Of a stretch of 31,877 nucleotides of DNA, positions 26,001 to 31,873 are shown piece after piece. A program made the translations under genes and the position numbers. How positions within the stretch are numbered: the first letter of the stretch is position 1; each line of letters begins with the position of its first letter. The stretch spans positions 1-31,877 of the IMG/VR virus record IMGVR_UViG_3300013947_000014; one strand, given 5' to 3'. Source of the stretch: a virus. The notes below the pieces were generated by a model. It saw only the letters and a list, made by a program, of their open reading frames with translations, made no database searches and was not told the origin of the DNA.

Positions 26001-26429
26001 TGTTCTGATGGAAAACATTCTCATTCTGTTACCGTTAATAGTGGATCTGATACGTTAACTGGATCTACTGGCGGTTTATATGGGAGTCTCTCTGATGGTG
26101 AGCATTCACATTCAATAAACGTAAGTGGTACAACTTCTGTGGCTGAAAACGATTGGGTTTGGTACGAAAAAGTAACCGGCGTACAAATTGATCATTACCA
26201 TAACACAAAGATAGCCATCTCTGAATATGACAAGCCTAAGAGTGTTACGGTTTCATGGTCCAATGGTGATGATGACTACAAGCAGTCAATTGTTGTTGCA
26301 TCAGGGGAAAGTTCTGACTTAGCAATAAATTCAACAGGCTGGAAAACATTGAAGGTAGTGGCAAATTCTCTAGGAAGAGTTCAAGCACAGTTGATTTGCA
26401 AAATAAGAATAAATACTAGAATGCTGTGA
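23037..26429 (+). CDS. Large tail-tip / baseplate protein (Dit/Tal-like) with a C-terminal HxH-repeat module
   Basis: 1130 aa. TAATG overlap with the tape measure gene. It is the only gene between the tape measure and the fibre. The C-terminal region has GHSHTF, GKHSHSV, GEHSHSI and DHYHN motifs. Confidence 0.55.
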   Translation: MGIWSLHLKFDGDTTDYSAGILENATIKECVGARGKHAIQSCSVSIWDSILAAKIFNATKDIDAKICNGNTIVFEGVIRPYARLSAEMAHENPIELEVIDYTQILHCYVYTDLSDIDSVTQAVKDKCIETFTCSNIGVSELIEKLFGLTGITDRVKLVVPALSNKKKYFCLEAGKYIDDVISDLLFEYCLDYRFSPGTLTVFSTKVVDIDSKPIGASAEIGDFNLRFDVARDDMTEDGVSISYGDYKEGKFRIWTEDNRWDLDFWAGLTTIWTADYESGYYYNRDMHKTLDDYKSKVSWQFPESLRDKTVIGVANLEVKGELHDETGVEYSSHCDEYDKDGGKPYIKYSGVFNYTWGGKGWGFYMEVWASVFYRDSSLKYEKILGLNPTKVTALYIENVEEAKLLCANLQARNEKAVYSYSFSTKVDLIPGAIVRLDEDKVTGLVTDVRILSKTYNPLTKLFKYEAEGAGSVKIPEIFSSASGGSPVSEYPQVYFFELEASKSSFFVEEADSDFTVTARGTVFSQYGCVPQWSFNGAVQDETGLVLHLRKSLLKVGINTVECSTILNGQLHEKTVTVTLIHAALDMSNYYEWAVTQDMNPPAMREVFFAFDDNLFSFDDYFIVLDDTWSREQPDVSPTEFLWLRMLTEDGEYAVIRMTGNPYQDFSIYSDPSTYINSKRQTSDRTVTICVSYGNITNPVISYQLIGTPAGVVQVKENGVGTNVFKILAGQTPPSFTVQVAIIGIGVKTLTVQGIDVAENASMYLGRTTVMPPVRSDILLVDGDWVLFMGDDTEIYKKGHVYKKNGNTWSETTDVKELADVYWDTDDLRTQNIYARVLFADSILTENLSVLGKFRFQKTTGTNTASLEISEEGMIARFGATTIEDGNRPAIFNLDFDTGNLYGNFTEVIQYLPYIFQDSFDSNHPAYFDFYIPDGILEKVTMRVKCQPYRTYSSVGSDTSFELGFPKVSTMSQAILMKGHSHTFNGSASCSDGKHSHSVTVNSGSDTLTGSTGGLYGSLSDGEHSHSINVSGTTSVAENDWVWYEKVTGVQIDHYHNTKIAISEYDKPKSVTVSWSNGDDDYKQSIVVASGESSDLAINSTGWKTLKVVANSLGRVQAQLICKIRINTRML

Positions 26430-26447
26430 TTATAAAGGAGAAAAACA

Positions 26448-28010
26448 ATGGCAGATCCAACAAAAAATATTGATTTCAAGGAAAACATGGAACTAGGGAA
26501 TGATGATGTCCTCTTAGGAATAAGCGTTGATTCATCAGGAAAACCGACAAAGGCGGGGCATTTCAAATACTCTGTATTCAAGCAATGGCTTACAAACTCG
26601 TTCAGCCCATATGTGACAAGAGCCGAAGAAGCTGTATCAGTTGCCAAATCCAAAGCAGAGGAGGCTTCATCATCCGCATCCAGTGCCAAGACGTATTCTG
26701 CAAATGCAAAAGTGTCAGAGACCAATGCGAAGGCATCCGAAACGAATGCAAAATCCTCTGAGACAAGTGCATCTTCATCTGCTGAGAGCGCATCAGCTTC
26801 AGCAGCTCTTGCTGATACCAAGGCATCCGAGGCAAAGAACAGCGCAACGTCTGCATCGACTTCTGCCTCATCTGCATCCAGTGCTAAAACTGGAGCGGAA
26901 TCGGCTAGGGATGGAGCTGTAACAGCAAAGACTGCTGCTGAAAACTATGCCTCATCTGCATCCGATTCCAAGGATAGCGCATCTGCATCTGCTACTCTGG
27001 CTACAACCAAGGCAACAGAGGCAAGCACTTCTGCTGCAAATGCGAAGGCATCCGAGGCAAATGCAAAAGTATCAGAGACAAAAGCAAAGGAGTATGCGGA
27101 ATCGGCCAATATGAAAAACTATGCCAAAAAGGCAACAACGCTTGCAGGCTATGGGATAACCGATGCATACACCAAGACCGAAGCGGACGGGAAGTACCAG
27201 TTGCTGTCAAAGCTCCTCTCTGTTGGATTCGTCCTAGCTGATGGCAAGGCTGACATACAGATTGGAGACGAGATTGCGGGGCATGGCGGAGTCATCTATG
27301 CAGATTTGGCAGTTGCCAAGATGGGGCTTGATATGACTTGGACAGTGCCTAGTGTCACTTGGAACGAGTACGAGCGTGATGTGCATGGCGTGCATCTCAT
27401 CAAGGACAATGGCAATCCCCGTTACCTTGCGATGGACTATACAGACCTAGGCACAGCGAACAACTATGGCACAGGCACTCAAGCTCTTACTTGGGGACCG
27501 AACGACCAGAACTGGACAGACATGATAGATGGAGTCGGAGCGTTTACAGAATCAGGTGCCAAGTACACGCCTACAGCAGTCACGTACAACGGCATAGCTC
27601 TTGAGGCTGATTGGTGCCCGACTATCGGAAGAAGGAACATGTGGGTGCCGATGTGCATGATGAAGGGCACTGACAACTCGTGGATTGCAAGCGACCTTGC
27701 AAACTCCAACTGGGGCAAGTCGAGCTACTTCTGGAAGGCAGCATGGCTAAAGGCTGGAGCTATTCCTTATGACTACAGCAGAGCTGATAGGACTAAGCAT
27801 CCGTTCTATGTGCCTACCAAGACCGAGATACAAGCTCTCAACAGGGCACACTGGCTCAGGAAGGTCACGAGCTCCTTCCGGCCATGGTATTGGTCATCGA
27901 CTAACTATAGTGACACCCAGGCGTGGTTCGCGTACTTCACCTGGGGAGGCCAGTACGCGTACAGCAAGGTGTACGACGACCTCGCGGTTCGGTTGGTCAG
28001 GACTTTCTGA
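26448..28010 (+). CDS. Tail fibre / receptor-binding protein and DGR target, with a DUF1566/C-type-lectin-like C-terminal domain carrying the VR
   Basis: AGGAG RBS. Ala/Ser-rich shaft repeats (SANAKVSETNAKASETNAKSSE...). Fibre motif TLAGYGITDAYTKTEADGKY. C-terminus PTKTEIQALNRAHW...WYWSSTNYSDTQAWFAYFTWGGQYAYSKVYDDLAVRLVRTF. The last 86 nt pair with the TR. Confidence 0.85.
   Translation: MADPTKNIDFKENMELGNDDVLLGISVDSSGKPTKAGHFKYSVFKQWLTNSFSPYVTRAEEAVSVAKSKAEEASSSASSAKTYSANAKVSETNAKASETNAKSSETSASSSAESASASAALADTKASEAKNSATSASTSASSASSAKTGAESARDGAVTAKTAAENYASSASDSKDSASASATLATTKATEASTSAANAKASEANAKVSETKAKEYAESANMKNYAKKATTLAGYGITDAYTKTEADGKYQLLSKLLSVGFVLADGKADIQIGDEIAGHGGVIYADLAVAKMGLDMTWTVPSVTWNEYERDVHGVHLIKDNGNPRYLAMDYTDLGTANNYGTGTQALTWGPNDQNWTDMIDGVGAFTESGAKYTPTAVTYNGIALEADWCPTIGRRNMWVPMCMMKGTDNSWIASDLANSNWGKSSYFWKAAWLKAGAIPYDYSRADRTKHPFYVPTKTEIQALNRAHWLRKVTSSFRPWYWSSTNYSDTQAWFAYFTWGGQYAYSKVYDDLAVRLVRTF
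27917..28002 (+). repeat. DGR variable repeat (VR)
   Basis: Aligns to 28565-28650 at a constant offset of 648 nt with 71 of 86 identities. All 15 mismatches lie opposite TR adenines. Identity ends at 28003. Confidence 0.9.
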
Positions 28011-28058
28011 TTTTGGGGTTATTTTGCGAGCCTTTTTATAGGCGAGCAAAGGAGGAGT

Positions 28059-28445
28059 ATGGAAAACAAGAGAGGCATGGGAATATACGCAAAGTTCTAT
28101 CCCGATGTCTACAAGAAGACAATCGACATGGCGGAGTTCCTGAACAAGGCGTTCAGGAAATCTGGGATTGCCAAAGGGCTGGTATCAGTTGCAGAGGACA
28201 TCAACTCCGAGCTTGCAGGAATCCTTGCCTTGGTTGTCGAATCCTCATTGTCGCCCGAGAAGGATGTGAAGATAAAAATGATAGAGGGCATATCGCTCAG
28301 GCTCAGGAAGGCGAGAGTCGGGATAGATTACATGTACAGGCTCAGATGCCTTACGGATGGCGAGGTCAAGGTGCTGGCAGAGAAAGGCTTGGAGCTTGCG
28401 AAGATGATGGAGCAATGGAAGAAGAGGACAAGAGAGGCTGTATAG
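28059..28445 (+). CDS. avd: Accessory variability determinant (Avd-like four-helix-bundle protein)
   Basis: AGGAGG RBS. 128 aa, helical and basic. Located between the VR-bearing target and the TR/RT, as in the BPP-1 DGR. Confidence 0.7.
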   Translation: MENKRGMGIYAKFYPDVYKKTIDMAEFLNKAFRKSGIAKGLVSVAEDINSELAGILALVVESSLSPEKDVKIKMIEGISLRLRKARVGIDYMYRLRCLTDGEVKVLAEKGLELAKMMEQWKKRTREAV

Positions 28446-28564
28446 CTTACGGGCGCAATACGGCTGAAGGGAACTATGTTCCTGATGAAAGTGGACTGGC
28501 TGGGTTTCCAGTCGAGGACAGGCTACCGAGAAGCCTCGGGATGCCTTTAAGCAGTCTACATGGA

Positions 28565-28650
28565 CCAGGCGTGGAACGCGAACTTCAACTGGGGAAACCA
28601 GAACACGAACAACAAGGTGAACGACAACAACGAGGTTCGGTTGGTCAGGA
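28565..28650 (+). repeat. DGR template repeat (TR)
   Basis: Non-coding copy of the VR. In the VR frame it reads (D)QAWNANFNWGNQNTNNKVNDNNEVRLVRS with 10 AAC codons and a TAA stop 5 codons upstream. It has 30 adenines, of which 15 differ in the VR. It ends 13 nt before the RT ATG. Confidence 0.9.
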
Positions 28651-28663
28651 GTTGCATCGGAAC

Positions 28664-29761
28664 ATGGATACGGTAAGCTTCGAGGAGCTTGCAGAGGCAT
28701 ACCTCGATTGCAGGAGAAGGAAGAGCACTACCCTCGGCGCAGAGCTGTTCGAGATGGACTTGGCGATGAACATCGCACGGCTTTGCGATGAGATAAACAG
28801 CAGAAGCTACAAGACATCCCCATCCACATGCTTCCTTGTGTACGAGCCAAAGCTGAGGGAGGTGTTCGCATCGCCTTTTCGAGACAGGGTTGTGCACCAT
28901 TTCATAAGAAGGGAGCTTGAGCCGTGCCTCGAGAAGGAGCTGATATACGACACGGCTTCATGCAGGCTAGGCAAGGGCACGCTGTTTGCCGTAAAGAGAG
29001 CCCAGAGGTTCATGAGGCAAGCGCAGGAGAACGAGAATAAAAAGGCGTACTACTTAAGGCTTGATATCTCCGGCTACTTCATGTCCATCGACAGAGACAT
29101 GCTATGGTACAAGATCGATAGGCTCATATCCAAGAGATACAAAGGGACGCATGAGGAATTGCTTAGGTATCTATTGAGGATTGTTATATATGATGACCCG
29201 ACAAAGGATTGCATCTTCAATACTCCGTTTGGAGAGTGGGCATCGTTGCCCAAGAGGAAGAGCCTCTTCTACTCGGACGGCAAGGGACTTCCGATTGGGA
29301 ATCTCACAAGCCAGATGTTCGGCAACCTCTATCTGAGCGAGATTGACCATGCAATCAAAGCGAGGGAGCGATTCTATTCAAGGTATGTTGATGACATGGC
29401 TGTAATTAATATAGACAAGAGCCACTTGCTTGAGACGAGGGACATTGTAGAGGAAAAGCTCTCTGGAATCGGGCTCAAGCTCAACAAGGGGAAGACGCAT
29501 ATCGGGCTATGCGACTACGGCATGGATTATGTCGGCAAGCTGATAAAGCCATACTCGATAACAATCCCTTGCGATTCCGCAAAAAGGATGGCACAAAAGA
29601 TGTCAACGGCTAGGAGCCTTGCTTCCGTGAACAGCATACTTGGATGCGCCAAGGGCTTCATGTCGCAAAGAAGAGCCAGCAAGCTAATCGAGGCAATGCC
29701 CGATGCATATACACTAGACGGCAACAGGATGGTTGCAAAGGAGACGATAACATGGAACTGA
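28664..29761 (+). CDS. DGR reverse transcriptase
   Basis: 365 aa starting MDTVSFEELAEAYLDCRRRK. FLVYEPKLREVFASPFRDRVVHH resembles the Brt N-terminus. It has the DGR-diagnostic LPIGNLTSQMFGNLYLSEIDH and the catalytic YVDDMAV. The track ORF start at 27923 is read-through across VR/avd/TR. Confidence 0.9.
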   Translation: MDTVSFEELAEAYLDCRRRKSTTLGAELFEMDLAMNIARLCDEINSRSYKTSPSTCFLVYEPKLREVFASPFRDRVVHHFIRRELEPCLEKELIYDTASCRLGKGTLFAVKRAQRFMRQAQENENKKAYYLRLDISGYFMSIDRDMLWYKIDRLISKRYKGTHEELLRYLLRIVIYDDPTKDCIFNTPFGEWASLPKRKSLFYSDGKGLPIGNLTSQMFGNLYLSEIDHAIKARERFYSRYVDDMAVINIDKSHLLETRDIVEEKLSGIGLKLNKGKTHIGLCDYGMDYVGKLIKPYSITIPCDSAKRMAQKMSTARSLASVNSILGCAKGFMSQRRASKLIEAMPDAYTLDGNRMVAKETITWN

Positions 29762-30126
29762 CTTATGGATCATGGGTTTCAATCGACAGCCCAGAGTTGA
29801 AGGAATTCGAGGAAAGCGCCAAGGGCTTCATGTCTGCACACGAGGATGCAACGCTTGAGGAGAACAGCGAGAGGGCAACAATCAGACAGCTTACGGAATC
29901 CGAGCTCAGGAACAAGAAGGCACAGGAGCTGAGGAGAGAGACCGAGAAGGCAAAGAGCGAGCTTGAACAGACCGACTACGCTGTCATCAAGTTCATGGAC
30001 AATCTAATCAAGTCCTCGCCTGAGTTGCTGGCAACATTCAACGAGCAGTACTCAGGGCTTCTAGAAAGAAGGCAATCGGCAAGGGACAAGGTCAATGCAA
30101 GCGAAGTGGAGATGAGCTCGCTATGA
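29752..30126 (+). CDS. Hypothetical coiled-coil protein, possibly a fibre assembly or chaperone-like protein
   Basis: The ATG overlaps the RT stop (ATGGAACTGA). 124 aa. Contains the segment SELRNKKAQELRRETEKAKSELEQTDYAVIKF. No motif recognised. Confidence 0.5.
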   Translation: MELTYGSWVSIDSPELKEFEESAKGFMSAHEDATLEENSERATIRQLTESELRNKKAQELRRETEKAKSELEQTDYAVIKFMDNLIKSSPELLATFNEQYSGLLERRQSARDKVNASEVEMSSL

Positions 30127-30197
30127 ACATAATCCGCTCTGTTCTCGCCTAGGTTCGTTTGTAGCTTCCCGATTCTGGTATGTCGATGAAGGATGTG

Positions 30198-30278
30198 ATG
30201 TCTATGGATGCATACGAGATCCTTATGATCGTATTCATGGTTATAGGACTTTTGATAGCTGTTTATAGAGAAAAATAA
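30198..30278 (+). CDS. Hol-Tox-like small hydrophobic peptide
   Basis: MSMDAYEILMIVFMVIGLLIAVYREK (26 aa) with AAGGA upstream. It matches the pattern of ~30-aa putative holin-like toxin peptides found between fibre and holin genes of Firmicute phages. Too short for the ORF track. Confidence 0.4.
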   Translation: MSMDAYEILMIVFMVIGLLIAVYREK

Positions 30279-30361
30279 TTGCCCAGCAAACTTCTACTTG
30301 ATATGCTCCCCTTAAACAGGACAAAGAAAATAAATAAGAGTCTGTTAAGAGGAGTATTTTT

Positions 30362-30529
30362 ATGGGAAATAAAGGTAAAGCTAGCCCAGAAATCAAGTTG
30401 AAATTAGTAGAACAAGTAAGAGCTGGAAAACTTAGTCTAAGCCAAGCAGCAAAAGAAGCTGGAGTATACATTGCTTCCGAAATTCTCACTCCTGTGCCAG
30501 CCAATCCTTTGATAAGTTCTCTCTTTTAA
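30362..30529 (+). pseudogene. Truncated IS3-family OrfA (HTH) fragment
   Basis: MGNKGKASPEIKLKLVEQVRAGKLSLSQAAKEAGV matches the N-terminal HTH of IS3/IS150 OrfA. Similarity ends after about 35 aa and the frame runs into unrelated sequence. There is no OrfB. Confidence 0.5.
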
Positions 30530-30557
30530 GGTGTCTTTCAAACCCTTCTAAATCCAT
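30486..30557 (-). pseudogene. 23-codon N-terminal stub of a tyrosine-recombinase-like gene
   Basis: AAGGAGAG RBS followed by ATG. MDLEGFERHLKRENLSKDWLAQE* resembles the XerC/D-type N-terminal helix (F..yL...LS..T..aY). It is convergent with, and overlaps, the IS3 fragment. Confidence 0.3.
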
Positions 30558-30576
30558 GTGATCTCTCCTTTTCTCG

Positions 30577-30604
30577 GTGGTACGTTTTGTGGACCACGCA
30601 TGTT
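30577..30604 (+). promoter_or_regulatory. Conserved 28-nt hairpin element, copy B (upstream of the lysis module)
   Basis: gtggtacgttttgtggaccacgcatgtt matches 11025-11052 at 26 of 28 positions. The C-to-T change keeps the stem as a G-U pair. A shared 12-mer gagacaagagcg follows 65-74 nt downstream in both copies. Confidence 0.4.
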
Positions 30605-30638
30605 CTAGATTATGTTCCTGTTGCGGTAAAATTCTTGT

Positions 30639-30947
30639 ATGAGCGAAGAAGAGACAAGAGCGATCACCATTGCAGAGCAGGCGTATAAGATATCGATGGA
30701 GACAAGAGAGCGATGCATCAAGACTGAGGAGCGTGCAAAGAGCCTTCAGCATCGCATGGACAACCAGGATATGAAAATGAATGCAATACTTCTCGACCTG
30801 AAGGATATCAAGCATTCAATGGGAGAAAGCAAGGCTACCCAGCGCAGCATAAAACGGCAAGTCTCATTCTTCATGGGTTTGATATCGGCTGTATCGGCAA
30901 TAGGCGGGATCATAAGGGTTATCTTTATGATCTCCGACCGAATGTAA
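30639..30947 (+). CDS. XhlA-like lysis-associated protein (coiled coil plus C-terminal TM)
   Basis: 102 aa. Helical charged N-terminus and a single C-terminal TM, VSFFMGLISAVSAIGGIIRVIFMI. Immediately upstream of the holin, as in xhlA-xhlB of PBSX. Confidence 0.45.
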   Translation: MSEEETRAITIAEQAYKISMETRERCIKTEERAKSLQHRMDNQDMKMNAILLDLKDIKHSMGESKATQRSIKRQVSFFMGLISAVSAIGGIIRVIFMISDRM

Positions 30948-30966
30948 TTTGGTAATAGGAGGGCTT

Positions 30967-31299
30967 ATGAACGTTCTAAGCTTTATTGATCCAAATCTGC
31001 TTCCATGGATATTGGTGGCAAATGTTGCAGGCTATTGGTTGAAGCAAAAGGGAATGCCAAGGTGGATGCCTCCAATTCCACTGGTGCTGTTCCTTGCAAA
31101 TTTCATAGTGTGCACGCTTGTTGGCTGGGCTATGGCAGATGCGGAAGGTTGGAAGGCAATGGTTATTGCTATCCTTGAGTATGGTGTTGGGAATGGGCTT
31201 GCTATAACTTTGGCAGCAACCTTTGGATATGATATCGTCCATTCATTCACAAAGAGGCATGTTAGGAAAAAAGAAGCAGAGGAGGGGAACAATGATTAA
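30967..31299 (+). CDS. Holin (three TM segments, Hol44 / superfamily V-like)
   Basis: AGGAGG at 30957-30962. Three hydrophobic segments (LLPWILVANVAGYWL, IPLVLFLANFIVCTLVGWAM, AMVIAILEYGVGNGLAITLAATFGY) and a highly charged C-terminus, KRHVRKKEAEEGNND. Confidence 0.6.
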   Translation: MNVLSFIDPNLLPWILVANVAGYWLKQKGMPRWMPPIPLVLFLANFIVCTLVGWAMADAEGWKAMVIAILEYGVGNGLAITLAATFGYDIVHSFTKRHVRKKEAEEGNND

Positions 31300-31873
31300 C
31301 CATATCAAGAGGAAGTATCTCTTTTATATAGGAGTTGGATTGTCATTCTTCTTGGCGATTTTCCTCATATGCTTGCTGGCTACATCGGAAGGTGTCTTCT
31401 ATTCAATTTGCTGGGGAATGCTTGCTTTTGGATATTCCACAGTTATTGCAAGGATTGGTTTCCATCTCTTCTTGAAGGACAACTCTCCCGAGATGTGGCA
31501 GATAACAATTTATCAGTTCCTTGCTGTTACAGGATGGTTGATTGCCATTATATCAAACACATGGGCAATTGCCTCTGTTGGAATTGCGATATTGGTTGGC
31601 TTCTTGATGATGAGCTTAGGGACAAGATTCATAAAGTACGCAGGTGATTGGGTGAAGGTTGCCCTGGATAAGGATCTTGCATTCTATATGGAGAATTCCA
31701 GATGGAAGTTCCTAGGTGATGATATCAAGGCTGGCGAAGATACAGCTAGGCCAATCTGCTCTGTCAATGGGAATCCGTTGACTGTCTCTGAGGCAAAATC
31801 ACAAGGATATGTAAAAGAATCAGAAGACGGCTTGGCTTATTTGAAAGCTGTCTTGAAAAAGGAGGATGATTGA
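31292..31873 (+). CDS. 4-TM membrane protein with a ~80-aa soluble C-terminal domain, function unknown
   Basis: ATGA-type overlap with the holin stop and a GGAGG RBS. Four hydrophobic segments, then DWVKVALDKDLAFYMENSRWKFLGDDIKAGEDTARPICSVNGNPLTVSEAKSQGYV. No lysin motif seen. The gene spans the contig junction. Confidence 0.6.
   Translation: MINHIKRKYLFYIGVGLSFFLAIFLICLLATSEGVFYSICWGMLAFGYSTVIARIGFHLFLKDNSPEMWQITIYQFLAVTGWLIAIISNTWAIASVGIAILVGFLMMSLGTRFIKYAGDWVKVALDKDLAFYMENSRWKFLGDDIKAGEDTARPICSVNGNPLTVSEAKSQGYVKESEDGLAYLKAVLKKEDD

Noticed and set aside
26381-26922. Overlapping ORFs 26381..26821(-), 26602..26877(-) and 26641..26922(+) inside the fibre gene
   Set aside because: They are shadow frames of the low-complexity Ala/Ser/Lys-rich shaft repeats of the + strand fibre gene. 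They have no RBS, and the fibre frame is the one continuous with recognisable N- and C-terminal domains.
28003-28058. A BPP-1-style GC-rich hairpin / cruciform just downstream of the VR
   Set aside because: Only a weak 4-bp stem (gcct..aggc) and a gcgagc direct repeat are present. The evidence is not strong enough to annotate.
27923-28663. The N-terminal 247 codons of the 612-aa track ORF 27923..29761
   Set aside because: This part reads through the VR, the avd gene (in another frame) and the TR. Its composition is unlike a real protein (Arg/Gly/Gln-rich). RT homology begins only at the ATG at 28664 (MDTVSFEEL...), so the RT CDS was trimmed to 28664..29761.
30241-30815. Minus-strand ORFs 30241..30504 and 30486..30815
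   Set aside because: Only the first 23 codons from ATG 30557 look gene-like (the recombinase stub). The longer 109-aa ORF starts far upstream, antisense to the XhlA-like gene. ORF 30241..30504 is antisense to the IS3 fragment and the micro-ORF.
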